NCBI GenBank assembly: GCA_903885665.1
Contig: CAISJL010000004.1
Coordinates: forward strand, 40-64,039
DNA: 64,000 nucleotides
Direction of reading: 5' to 3'
Source of the DNA: an uncultured beta proteobacterium
GTDB taxonomy: Bacteria; Pseudomonadota; Gammaproteobacteria; Burkholderiales; SG8-41
In this document: positions 9,758 to 19,490 of the stretch, piece after piece
How positions within the stretch are numbered: the first letter of the stretch is position 1
How the letters are laid out: each line of letters opens with the position of its first letter
Position numbers and translations under genes: made by a program
The notes under the pieces: generated by a model
The model's input: only the letters and a program-made list of their open reading frames with translations
Databases searched by the model: none
Told to the model about the DNA's origin: nothing

Positions 9758-10226
9758 TAATAATACTTGATGCAATGCGGCGAGTATTTTTATAACAGTA
9801 TCTTGGTTTGTTAATCGTTGTTTGAACGTAAGTAAGTTGTAAGCATGGTCCCTATGATGCGCTTGTTCCTTCTGGTTATTCGCTCACATGGGATGGTTGA
9901 TTTAGATGTAGCGTGTATCACTGGGGTCTGCTGAGTGTTGATGCGGAGTGTTGATTTTGTTAATAAAAAGAGTTTTTGTTGTGCAGTGCAACATTGGAAG
10001 TGTAAAAATTTCTTTGTGACTCGCTGTGCTTCGTGTAAAGTGCAGCACCGAAACCGGAATGATATAGTTCTAGTTTTATTTTTGAAGTTAGGCTTGTAGT
10101 TGAATTTATTGTTATCGTTGCTTGTTGCGTATAATTATTTTATTGTTTTAAATTAGTTTAAGTAATGGGCAATGATTGGCTTTTACTAGCCGGTTATTAT
10201 TTTAAAAAAATTTAGGAGGCTATCAG

Positions 10227-10694
10227 TTGAGAATCAAAAATTTTGAAGACTTTTGGTCGGGAATGATGTTTCTGGCCATTGGAGTCTTGGCTATTTGGGA
10301 GTCCGCGAACTATCCGTTCGGCACTGCAAGTCGTATGGGTCCTGGCTATTTTCCCACCTGCTTAGGTGGCATAATGGCAGTGTTAGGTTCCATAGTCGCA
10401 CTCAAAGCGATAGAGTCGTCTAGCGTTGCTGAGCATGCTAAACCAGCGGAGGGTTCGCCGTTTGCTTGGAAAGCCTTGACCATGTTAAGCCTTGGCTTTT
10501 TGTTATTTGGCTGGGGTGTGGATCGCATCGGCTTTATACCTTCGTTATTCGCGCTTACAGTGATTACTGCCGCAGCTGGCTCCACGTTTAATATCAAAGA
10601 AGTATTGATTATGAGCGTGTTACTGATTGCCGGTTCTGTAGGTATATTCATTTACGGCGTTGAGTTGCCTATTCCTTTATTCTGGTGGAGATAG
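10227..10694 (+). CDS. tctB: tripartite tricarboxylate transporter small membrane subunit TctB
   Basis: 155 aa with 4 TM helices. TTG start lies 7 nt after a strong AGGAGG. It sits immediately upstream of tctA. Confidence 0.8.
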   Translation: MRIKNFEDFWSGMMFLAIGVLAIWESANYPFGTASRMGPGYFPTCLGGIMAVLGSIVALKAIESSSVAEHAKPAEGSPFAWKALTMLSLGFLLFGWGVDRIGFIPSLFALTVITAAAGSTFNIKEVLIMSVLLIAGSVGIFIYGVELPIPLFWWR

Positions 10695-10695
10695 C

Positions 10696-12225
10696 ATGGA
10701 TTTTACACTTATTCTTCAAAATCTAGGCCTAGGGTTTTCTACCGCATTATCACTGGTTAACCTCGCCTACTGCTTTTTGGGTGTGTTGGTTGGCACTTTG
10801 ATCGGCGTGTTGCCAGGGATTGGCCCGGTAGCTGCAGTTGCGATGTTGTTGCCCCTAACTTTTAACTTGGATCCAGTTGGCGCTATCATTATGTTGTCGG
10901 GTATTTACTACGGCACGCAATATGGTGGTTCTACTACTGCTATTTTGGTTAATTTACCGGGTGAATCATCCTCAGTCATTACTTGTATAGATGGCTACGC
11001 CATGGCGCGTGCAGGTCGTGCGGGTCCTGCCTTGGCGATTGCTGCGATTGGTTCGTTCTTCGCGGGCACAGTCGGCACCATTTTGGTGGCTTTGCTTGGA
11101 CCACCCTTGGCGGAAATTGCGCTTAAGTTTGGTGCGCCTGAGTATTTCTCCTTGATGGTGATGGCCTTGATTGCAGCTTCAGTTTTATCTAGCGGCTCGA
11201 TGATGAAGACGATCTGTATGATTGTTTTGGGCTTGTTGGTAGGTATCGTGGGTACGGACGTTAACTCTGGTATGTCACGCTTTACTTTCGGCATGTCTGG
11301 GCTGGCTGACGGTATCCATTTTGCAGTGATTGCCATGGGATTGTTCGGTTTTGCGGAGATTGCGTCTAACCTATCGGATAAAGCTGATACTGCAGAACGT
11401 ACCGTTTTAAACCAAAAAATTACCGGTTTAATGCCAACGTATGAAGATATGAAAGCGGCTTCTGGAGCGATCTTTCGCGGCACCGCAATCGGCGCATTCT
11501 TCGGAACCTTACCTGGCGGTGGCCCAACCATCAGCGCCTTCTCAGCTTATGCGCTCGAGAAAAAGCTTGCTAAAGATCCTTCGCGCTTTGGTAAAGGTGC
11601 GATTGAGGGTGTAGCAGCACCTGAGTCGGCAAATAATGCAGCTGTGCAGTGCGCATTTATTACGACCTTGACCTTGGGTATCCCTCATGGCGCTACTATG
11701 GCTTTGATTTTAGGTGCGCTGACGATTCAAGGTATTGCTCCAGGCCCTCAGGTCATGACTCAGCGTCCAGATTTATTCTGGGGCTTGATAGCTAGTATGT
11801 GGATTGGTAATGCGATGTTGGTGGTCTTGAACCTTCCATTGGTTGGCCTTTGGGTTAAGTTGTTGAAGGTACCTTATCGGTTCATGTTCCCATCAATCAT
11901 GGTTTTCATGGCCATTGGGGTGTATAGCGTTAATAATTTAGATTTAGATGTTTATTTCACGATTTTATTTGGTGTACTTGGTTATTTATTCCTTAAATTA
12001 AATTGCCAACCTGCACCATTAATTTTAGCATTCGTGTTAGGCCCCTTGATGGAAGAGAACTTGCGTCGTGCATTACTGATCTCGAGGGGTGATCCAACAG
12101 TATTCTTTACACGCCCAATTAGCGCTGGATTCTTGATTGCTGCAATTCTGTTGTTGATTATAATGATTATTCCTTCATTTAAAAAGAAACGTGAAGAAGC
12201 TGTAGCTAGTTCAGAAGTCTTGTAA
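10696..12225 (+). CDS. tctA: tripartite tricarboxylate transporter permease TctA
   Basis: About 509 aa, polytopic, with GVLPGIGP and GTLPGGGP motifs. I prefer the ATG at 10696 (GGTGGAGA upstream) over the track start at 10660. Confidence 0.88.
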   Translation: MDFTLILQNLGLGFSTALSLVNLAYCFLGVLVGTLIGVLPGIGPVAAVAMLLPLTFNLDPVGAIIMLSGIYYGTQYGGSTTAILVNLPGESSSVITCIDGYAMARAGRAGPALAIAAIGSFFAGTVGTILVALLGPPLAEIALKFGAPEYFSLMVMALIAASVLSSGSMMKTICMIVLGLLVGIVGTDVNSGMSRFTFGMSGLADGIHFAVIAMGLFGFAEIASNLSDKADTAERTVLNQKITGLMPTYEDMKAASGAIFRGTAIGAFFGTLPGGGPTISAFSAYALEKKLAKDPSRFGKGAIEGVAAPESANNAAVQCAFITTLTLGIPHGATMALILGALTIQGIAPGPQVMTQRPDLFWGLIASMWIGNAMLVVLNLPLVGLWVKLLKVPYRFMFPSIMVFMAIGVYSVNNLDLDVYFTILFGVLGYLFLKLNCQPAPLILAFVLGPLMEENLRRALLISRGDPTVFFTRPISAGFLIAAILLLIIMIIPSFKKKREEAVASSEVL

Positions 12226-12370
12226 TACTTAGGTCCTTACAGCACCAATGTTTATTTGATCTTTAATATGAGCTGCATTGGTGCTGGTCAAATTAGAAGT
12301 AAATTTTATTTTAGTTTGAAGGGGGAGAATAAAACGTCAGCTACACTGGCGAGCAATGTAGAAATTTAGA

Positions 12371-12398
12371 AACGTGGCGAAAGCCGCGTTTTTTTTTA
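12371..12398 (+). terminator. rho-independent terminator
   Basis: acgtggc-gaaa-gccgcgt stem-loop followed by T9. Confidence 0.8.
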
Positions 12399-12440
12399 CT
12401 TGAGAAGCATTCACAGTAATTATTAAAAGGACTGCAGATC

Positions 12441-13412
12441 ATGTTCATGAAGATGCGAATGTTGGTGCTGGGTTTATGTGTAGGTTGCTCATCACTTTGG
12501 GCAGCGGGTGTGTCTTATCCAAACAAACCCATACGATTAATTGTGGCTTTCCCACCCGGAGGCTCTACAGATATTATTGCGCGCCTTGTCGCGCAGCGCT
12601 TGGGTGAGCAGTTGGGCCAGCAGGTGATTGTCGATAATCGGGGTGGTGCAGGTGGCACTCTAGGCACTGAAATTGCAGCACGCGCAGCGCCTGATGGTCA
12701 CACCTTAACCATGGGCACGACCAGCACACATGTGATTGCGCCTGCTGCATACACTACTGTTAAATATGACCCTTTGAAAGATTTTGAGCCGATCACTTTG
12801 GTAGCTTCAACGCCTTATTTGCTGGTGGTTCACCCCGGCGTCAAAGCCAGCAGCGTGAAAGAGTTTGTCGCTGTAGCTAAATCGCAGCCTGGTAAATTAA
12901 ATTACGCTTCAGCTGGAACAGGTTCTACAACACATCTTGCGATGGAGATGCTCAATGCAGCGGCTGGAATGAATGTCGTGCATGTACCTTATGGTGGTAA
13001 CGGACCAGCAGGCACTGCGGTATTGGGTGGGCAGGTGCAGGCATTGTTTGGCAGTATGCCGGCAGTGTTGCCGCACGCGCAAGCAGCTCGAGTTAGACCG
13101 CTCGCCGTAGGCACCGATAAGCGTTCTCCCGCATTGCCTAATGTGCCCACAGTGGCAGAGTCTGGTTATCCTGGCTTTGAAGTATCACTGTGGTTGGGGT
13201 TTTTTGCACCTAAGGGTACAGCAAAACCAATTTTGGCACGCCTAGAGAAGGAGTTAACGGCTATCGCAAACTCACCAGAAATGGGCGCATTGTTTGAGAA
13301 AAATGGGGCGAGTCCGTTGACGACCACACCGAATGAGTTAACTCAATTAATGGGTAGAGAGTTGCAAAAATACGGCAAAGTAATCAAGGCTGCAGGTATA
13401 CAGCTGAAATAG
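12441..13412 (+). CDS. Bug-family substrate-binding protein
   Basis: Signal peptide followed by YPNKPIRLIVAFPPGGSTDIIARL and VPYGGNGPAGTAVLGGQV. Confidence 0.85.
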   Translation: MFMKMRMLVLGLCVGCSSLWAAGVSYPNKPIRLIVAFPPGGSTDIIARLVAQRLGEQLGQQVIVDNRGGAGGTLGTEIAARAAPDGHTLTMGTTSTHVIAPAAYTTVKYDPLKDFEPITLVASTPYLLVVHPGVKASSVKEFVAVAKSQPGKLNYASAGTGSTTHLAMEMLNAAAGMNVVHVPYGGNGPAGTAVLGGQVQALFGSMPAVLPHAQAARVRPLAVGTDKRSPALPNVPTVAESGYPGFEVSLWLGFFAPKGTAKPILARLEKELTAIANSPEMGALFEKNGASPLTTTPNELTQLMGRELQKYGKVIKAAGIQLK

Positions 13413-13469
13413 ACTATTGCTTTAGCTTAGCAACTAACTGTATTTATTGTGTTGAAATTAACTAAGTGT

Positions 13470-14645
13470 TTATAGTGTTGTAGCGGGTGGTAATGCAGGC
13501 TCTTGTTCGCGATGAGATAGCCATCCGCTGATACCTAAAATTGCTGCGCTTGTCCAAAACACAGGTGCGATACCTAATATAGCCCCGACTGATCCAGCAG
13601 CCAATGGCACAATAATATGCGTAATATTATTGATAGTGAGGCGTAGCCCTGTGACCTCTCCAGATCGGCCTGGGGGAGAGCGGTTATAGGTTAAGTTAAG
13701 CGTGAGCGGTTGACTAACGCCTAGGGTGAGACCAATCCCAAATGAGAGCGCCATCAAGGCCGGCACATAATGAATATAGGTAAAAGGGATGAGGAGCAAT
13801 GCCGCTATGGCCATGGCCCAAGCAAGCACCATCTCTACGCTAAAGCGTTGCGTCAGTTTAGGTAAGAAGACGCGTACTATAAAACTGGCTGCAGCAAAAG
13901 CGCCCAGAATACTGCCAATGGTTGATGCATTGAGCCCAATCGAGTGACCGTAAATGGGCACATAAAATGTATATAAATCCCAGCCAGTAGTGACTAGGCC
14001 GCTAACAATAATCATGCGGCGTAGTGGAATAACTCGCAATAAGGTGAAGGCGCTTGATTGGGTGGGGCTGCTGCGAGTGCCTGAGTTGCCCATTGTCGAT
14101 GAAACCAATGCGACTATCGGTAACAAAGTGAGAATTGCAAAGGTGGCGTAAGCTGAACCGTAGCCGTAGTGGTCAATCATTAAGCCGGCTAATACTGGGC
14201 CAATAATATGACCGCTAGAGTAACCAAGTGCTAAGTTTGAAAAATTGCGAGTGCGATCATCAACAGAGCCAATGGTGCCAGCTAAGGTTTGGACGGATAC
14301 ATTAAAGAACACAAACCCTGCACCAACCAGTGGTGCAGAGATGAAGAGAGCGGGTAGTCCTGGTATTAGGGCTGGAATGATCAAGCCAATGGTAAAGACA
14401 ATGACGCCGCCAAGCATTGGCCAACGCGAGCCGTAGCGATCGGCGAGTTGCCCTACTAACAGTGCGCAAGCTAATTGAAATACCGAATAAGAGGCAATTA
14501 GTACCCCAATTAACATGGAGCCTGCGCCTAGATGTAGTGCGTAAAGTGATGTGACGACACGCCCACCCATATAACCACCCTGTATAGCTAGGGTGAGCAG
14601 TGTGAGTTTGGTAATGGGTGAGAGCATATTAGAGGCCACATTCAC
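13470..14645 (-). CDS. MFS transporter
   Basis: 391 aa with about 12 TM helices and GQLADRYGSRWPM (MFS loop 2-3 motif). Confidence 0.8.
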   Translation of the reverse strand: MNVASNMLSPITKLTLLTLAIQGGYMGGRVVTSLYALHLGAGSMLIGVLIASYSVFQLACALLVGQLADRYGSRWPMLGGVIVFTIGLIIPALIPGLPALFISAPLVGAGFVFFNVSVQTLAGTIGSVDDRTRNFSNLALGYSSGHIIGPVLAGLMIDHYGYGSAYATFAILTLLPIVALVSSTMGNSGTRSSPTQSSAFTLLRVIPLRRMIIVSGLVTTGWDLYTFYVPIYGHSIGLNASTIGSILGAFAAASFIVRVFLPKLTQRFSVEMVLAWAMAIAALLLIPFTYIHYVPALMALSFGIGLTLGVSQPLTLNLTYNRSPPGRSGEVTGLRLTINNITHIIVPLAAGSVGAILGIAPVFWTSAAILGISGWLSHREQEPALPPATTL

Positions 14646-14690
14646 TTCATCAACCTCATATTAAGGGTTGATGAAGCCATGGAGCGGGTC

Positions 14691-15518
14691 TTATGAAGCG
14701 TAATCGGGGGACTCTTTATCTAGTTTGCGAAGCAGTGCCGACCACAATAATCTGCCGCCTTCGCCGCGACCCCCTTTGTTATAAATCTCTTTACCTTGCT
14801 CTAGAGTGTGATTAACGATTTCTTCAGGGATACGATTGAGCTCAGCGCCACCAGTCATTGCAGTGATTTGAAATTTGCAGGCGCGCTCTAGGCGTTGCAT
14901 GCGGGCGAACATTTCTGCAATGGTCGCGCCAACTGTTAGTGTGCCATGATTGCGCAGTATGAGCATGCCACCATCACCTAAATCTTTCACTAAGCGCTCA
15001 CGCTCATCTAAATTTTGTGCAACGCCTTCAAAGTCGTGATAACGCACTAGGGATAATGCGGTGAGCGCCATTTGAGTGAGTGGTAATAACCCATCTTTTT
15101 GTGAGGCCACAGCAACACCGTATTGAGTGTGGCAGTGCATCACAGCATCTGCATTGAGACTATTCATGTGAATAGCGCTATGAATTGTGAAGCCGGCTTC
15201 GTTAACTTCGTAAGGTGATTCGGAAAGTTTGCGGCCTTCAACATCACACTTGATTAAGTCGGATGCAGTCATCTCCTCAAACAGTACGCCATAGGGGTTG
15301 ATTAAGAATTGATCATGAGTGCCAGGGACGCGACAAGAGATGTGCGTGCCGAGCATATCACTCCAGCCCATCATTGCAGTGAGGCGGTAAGCGGCAGCTA
15401 ATTCGACGCGGGCTTGCCATTCTGCGGGATCCATGCCACGTGGCATGCGCGAGGGGCGTTTGCGGGTAGTAGCGGCACGATGTTTACTGGTTTTGCTGGT
15501 GCTGGTTGTTCTCTTCAT
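14691..15518 (-). CDS. class II aldolase/adducin family protein
   Basis: 275 aa with a basic N-terminal tail and the histidine cluster MHCHTQYGVAVAS typical of the family. Confidence 0.8.
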   Translation of the reverse strand: MKRTTSTSKTSKHRAATTRKRPSRMPRGMDPAEWQARVELAAAYRLTAMMGWSDMLGTHISCRVPGTHDQFLINPYGVLFEEMTASDLIKCDVEGRKLSESPYEVNEAGFTIHSAIHMNSLNADAVMHCHTQYGVAVASQKDGLLPLTQMALTALSLVRYHDFEGVAQNLDERERLVKDLGDGGMLILRNHGTLTVGATIAEMFARMQRLERACKFQITAMTGGAELNRIPEEIVNHTLEQGKEIYNKGGRGEGGRLLWSALLRKLDKESPDYAS

Positions 15519-15861
15519 GATATGGATTCCTGTGTAAATATGGTTGAGAACCGCAGTTAAAGGTTATGATTCAAAATGTCGTGATATGAGTATATATCAA
15601 TGAATAATTTTCGCTTAGCATACTGCAAAATACGCTTTAAGATTGTATAGTTAAAGAGAATAATATTCTCTATTTTTGAAAATTGATTCAATCATATGCT
15701 GTTAAATACGGTTTAGTAATCGTATATAAAAATACGCTTGAATTTTATATCATGTCTAGCAGTTGATTTCTTAAGTTGTATGATTTTTTAAAGTCTGCAT
15801 TATGGCAGGCTGAAGCTGACGCAGTATTTATAATGAACTTAAATGAAGAAAGTTTTTTGAG

Positions 15862-17025
15862 ATGTCTTGGGAAAATGCAGTCAATATTGACGATTTACGG
15901 CGTTTGGCCAAGCAGCGTTTACCGCGCGTAGCATGGGATTACTTAGAGCGAGGTGCAGAAGATGATTTAACTTTGCAGTCGAATCGACGAAGGTTGGATC
16001 GTTTGCAATTCTTGCCACGCACCTTGGTTGATGTTTCCAAACGAACGTTACAGCATCGCTTATTCGGTAAAACCTATGATGCACCATTTGGAATAGGTCC
16101 TACAGGTGTTGCAGGATTGTATTGTTTTGAGGCAGATCTGGAGTTAGCGCGAGCTGCCAGTGCCGCTAATATTCCATTTACATTGTCGACGGCATCGTTT
16201 ATCGCTATGGAGCGGGTGGTTAAAGAGGTCAGCGGTGAGCAATGGTTTCAATTGTATATGTCAAAAGATCGTGATGCCGCTGAGTGTCTGGTGCGTCGTG
16301 CTGAGCAAGCAGGTTTTGGTGCGCTGGTGATCACTACGGATGTTCCGGTTGGTGGTAATCGCGAGTATAACCGGCGTAATGGTTTTGAAATTCCATTTCG
16401 CTTAAACTCAAGAAATATTATTGATGGAATTTGCCACCCTCGGTGGTTATCTGAAGTATTTTTACGTACGTTGTTAAGCACTGGTGTGCCGCGTTTTCAA
16501 AACGTAGACAGTAATGTGGGTGGGCGTATTATTGCGCAAGATCTATCAGCTTTTCGTGCCCGTCGTGATGCGCTTGATTGGAGTGATATCGCATGGTTAC
16601 GAACAATCTGGCCGCGACCATTAATGGTTAAAGGGATATTAACTGCCGAGGATGCATTATTGGCCATTGAGCATGGTGTCGATGCGATTGTGGTCTCGAA
16701 TCATGGTGGTCGTCAGTTAGATGGTGCAATTGCAGCAATTGATGCACTACCTACGATTGCAACTGCGGTTGCGGGTCGAGTGCCGGTATTGTTTGATAGC
16801 GGTATACGCCGCGGTATGGATGTAGTGAAAGCGCTGGCTATGGGAGCGGATTTTGTGTTGTTGGGCCGCGCTACTTTATATGGGGCAACAGTGGGCGGTG
16901 CAGCTGGCGTCAAGCATGCAATTGAAATACTAAAAGCAGAAACTGATCGTGTGATGGCGCTGATTGGTTGTGCTTCAGCTGCTGAACTTGATCAGCGGTT
17001 TATTGTGAAAGAGTCGTCAGTTTAA
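15862..17025 (+). CDS. FMN-dependent alpha-hydroxy acid dehydrogenase/oxidase (LldD-like)
   Basis: 387 aa with SNHGGRQLDG and GADFVLLGRATLYG motifs. Confidence 0.88.
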   Translation: MSWENAVNIDDLRRLAKQRLPRVAWDYLERGAEDDLTLQSNRRRLDRLQFLPRTLVDVSKRTLQHRLFGKTYDAPFGIGPTGVAGLYCFEADLELARAASAANIPFTLSTASFIAMERVVKEVSGEQWFQLYMSKDRDAAECLVRRAEQAGFGALVITTDVPVGGNREYNRRNGFEIPFRLNSRNIIDGICHPRWLSEVFLRTLLSTGVPRFQNVDSNVGGRIIAQDLSAFRARRDALDWSDIAWLRTIWPRPLMVKGILTAEDALLAIEHGVDAIVVSNHGGRQLDGAIAAIDALPTIATAVAGRVPVLFDSGIRRGMDVVKALAMGADFVLLGRATLYGATVGGAAGVKHAIEILKAETDRVMALIGCASAAELDQRFIVKESSV

Positions 17026-17075
17026 GATTGGTTATTAATAATGCTAGTTTTTAAAAATCAAGAGCTGGAGTTTAA

Positions 17076-18257
17076 ATGAAGCAACGTAAATTACCTGCAG
17101 TATTTATGCGCGGCGGCACAAGTAACGCTATAGTTTTTAAAACGCAAGATTTACCCAAAGATCGCGGGCAATGGGATGCTATTTTTATGGCCGCTATTGG
17201 TAGCCCTGATCCTAATGGACGCCAATTAGACGGTATGGGTGGAGGGGTGTCATCATTATCAAAGGTGTGTGTGGTTGGCCCTGCGACGCGTCCTGATGCT
17301 GATATTGATTATACGTTTGCGCAAGTACAGGTCAAAGAGGCGAGGGTGGATTATGGTGCAAACTGCGGCAATATGTCTTCAGCAATGGGGCCATTTGCAG
17401 TAGATGAGGGTATGGTTGATATTGATAGTTCTGAGGCGCTTATCCGCATTCATAACACCAATACTAAAAAAATCATTCACGCACGATTTAGTATGGACCA
17501 AGGCTTGTCTGCTGTTGATGGTGATTTAGCTATTCCAGGTGTTGCAGGAACTGGTTCGCCAGTGAAATTAGAGTTCCGAGATCCAGGCGGCGCGACCACT
17601 GGACGTTTACTCCCGACTGGCAATGTGGTTGATATGTTAGACGTGCCTGGGGTCGGTAAGATAAGAGCCTCATTGGTTGATGCGGCAAATGCTTCTGCAT
17701 GGATATTGGCGACCGATATTGGGCTCAGTGGTGTGGAGTTGCCAGATGCACTTGAGGCTAATGCAGAAGTGATGCAAAAGCTGTCTGCCATACGGATTGC
17801 TGCTTCAGTGGCGATGGGAATTGCTGCTAACGCAACTGAGGCCGCACAGAAAAAATCAGTTCCATTTATTGGTATTGTGGCACCACCGCTTGCAGCTTCA
17901 ATGCTCTCTGGTGAACAGATTGCGCCTGAGACGGTAGATTTAACTGGGCGGGTGATCTCTAATGGGCAACCGCACCGCGCGCTACCGCTCACGGTGTCAT
18001 TGTGTATGGCGGTTGCAGCTCGAATTAAAGGTAGCGTAGTGCATGAAGTATGTCGTCCCAGTCAGGGAATATCAGCACCGATTCGTATTGGTATGCCGTC
18101 GGGGATTTTGACGGTCGATGCAACAGTTGGGTTGGTTGAGGGTGCTTGGCATGCCGAGCAAGGTGCGTTCTACCGCACCCAGCGTCGACTATTTGAAGGG
18201 CAAGTATTGGTGCGTGCAGCACATTTACCGGTAGATGTGTTGAATGTGCTGAAATGA
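17076..18257 (+). CDS. PrpF family isomerase (2-methylaconitate isomerase / 4-oxalomesaconate tautomerase-like)
   Basis: 393 aa with N-terminus KLPAVFMRGGTSNAIVF. Confidence 0.85.
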   Translation: MKQRKLPAVFMRGGTSNAIVFKTQDLPKDRGQWDAIFMAAIGSPDPNGRQLDGMGGGVSSLSKVCVVGPATRPDADIDYTFAQVQVKEARVDYGANCGNMSSAMGPFAVDEGMVDIDSSEALIRIHNTNTKKIIHARFSMDQGLSAVDGDLAIPGVAGTGSPVKLEFRDPGGATTGRLLPTGNVVDMLDVPGVGKIRASLVDAANASAWILATDIGLSGVELPDALEANAEVMQKLSAIRIAASVAMGIAANATEAAQKKSVPFIGIVAPPLAASMLSGEQIAPETVDLTGRVISNGQPHRALPLTVSLCMAVAARIKGSVVHEVCRPSQGISAPIRIGMPSGILTVDATVGLVEGAWHAEQGAFYRTQRRLFEGQVLVRAAHLPVDVLNVLK

Positions 18258-18273
18258 TTACTTTCTACTACGT

Positions 18274-18909
18274 CTAGTTCGACTTCTTTCGCGCCCAGTA
18301 ATCAGGTGATGATTTAGTGTTAGCGAGTGCTTCGGCAGTTTCAAATCCGGGCGCCATCGATGCGACAGTGCCGGCCATGATCTGATGATGGTCAATGTTC
18401 AGTAGTCGCAGCCAACTTTGTTGACCTAGTGTGAGCCCGATAGCGCAACCGAGTTCGACTAACTCAGGTTCGTTAAAATGCTCATGCATCCTTGCCCAAA
18501 ATAAGTCATCGGTGTCAGTTCGCCAGACGATAGCTTCAGCATAGGCGAGAGCTGCTTTTTGGCGTGAATTGTAATGCGTTGATTTTTCAAAGTTCATTAA
18601 GTCGTCAACTTGATTCTCGTTGACGCCGGTTTGTTGCCCTTTAATTGAGCGTTGATTGCCGCAAAATTCACATACTACGGCTCTTGAGACGTAGATGCGG
18701 CAAAGCTCTTTAATTGCGTGATCTAGTATGCCGTTACGGAATACATCATTCCATGAATTCGCAAAAAACCAAAAACATGCTGGAACATGTGCCCTAACTG
18801 CTGAACTCTCCGGTCTAGGTGTACCTTCAATCGCGCAGCGTTCCATCTCCTTGCGCATATCTGGGGGCATGTTATCTATAGGGATATAACTAATGCGTTG
18901 ATTAGACAT
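18274..18909 (-). CDS. carboxymuconolactone decarboxylase (AhpD-like) family protein
   Basis: 211 aa, all-helical character, with the CEFCG motif. Confidence 0.65.
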   Translation of the reverse strand: MSNQRISYIPIDNMPPDMRKEMERCAIEGTPRPESSAVRAHVPACFWFFANSWNDVFRNGILDHAIKELCRIYVSRAVVCEFCGNQRSIKGQQTGVNENQVDDLMNFEKSTHYNSRQKAALAYAEAIVWRTDTDDLFWARMHEHFNEPELVELGCAIGLTLGQQSWLRLLNIDHHQIMAGTVASMAPGFETAEALANTKSSPDYWARKKSN

Positions 18910-19145
18910 AATATTCTTTCTGAAATATATTTATTATTCAAGAGAGTTTTAGGACGCAATGAGAGGTTTGGTGTAAAAGTGTTCTGTAAGCACATTCAAA
19001 AAACACTCGATAGAAAACTAACTAATCGCTCTAATATTATAAAACATTCGGTTTCAAGACGCTAAAATTTTTCTGTAATTTGATTGAATAGAAAGTATCG
19101 AATGGGTAAACATACCTAGTTTAATTTATATGTTCTCGCGATTAT

Positions 19146-19197
19146 TTTCGATCTTGTTTTCGATCTTGTCTTTACGATCTTATCTTTCTAATCTTGT
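19146..19197. repeat. four imperfect 12-14 bp tandem repeats (core cgatcttgt)
   Basis: cgatcttgt at 19149 and 19161, cgatcttat at 19175, taatcttgt at 19189. Three GATC sites. Lies in an AT-rich 580-bp intergenic region. Confidence 0.8.
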
Positions 19198-19490
19198 ATT
19201 TGGGGCTACGATTGCTTAGAGCTGAACTCAGTCTCTGTGAACCTAGTTAAGGTTGTATTTGTATATTTACTGGTCTAAACAAGCTATACCTGAGTTACGT
19301 CTATCAATATCCCATAGGTGACATTAAGTTTTTTGTGTGATTGAGTGTTGTATTAATATAGGATTGCAAATGGCCGCTCTGTCAACCAAATACCAATGCA
19401 GCCGTTATTAGTAAAATATACAGCATTCAATTTGAGTTTGCTGTAGTGAACTGGTTTCTTAATGATGGTCTTCATAAATGAGGTATTACC

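Noticed and set aside
10995-11531. Long antisense ORFs inside tctA. The same applies to 17477-17992 in prpF, 41056-41559 in the selenoprotein candidate, 47900-48400 in mutL and 605-1187 in the WG-repeat gene.
   Set aside because: Each is fully embedded opposite a gene with clear family motifs. They are Pro/Ala/Arg/Ser-rich as expected from antisense reading of GC3-biased codons.
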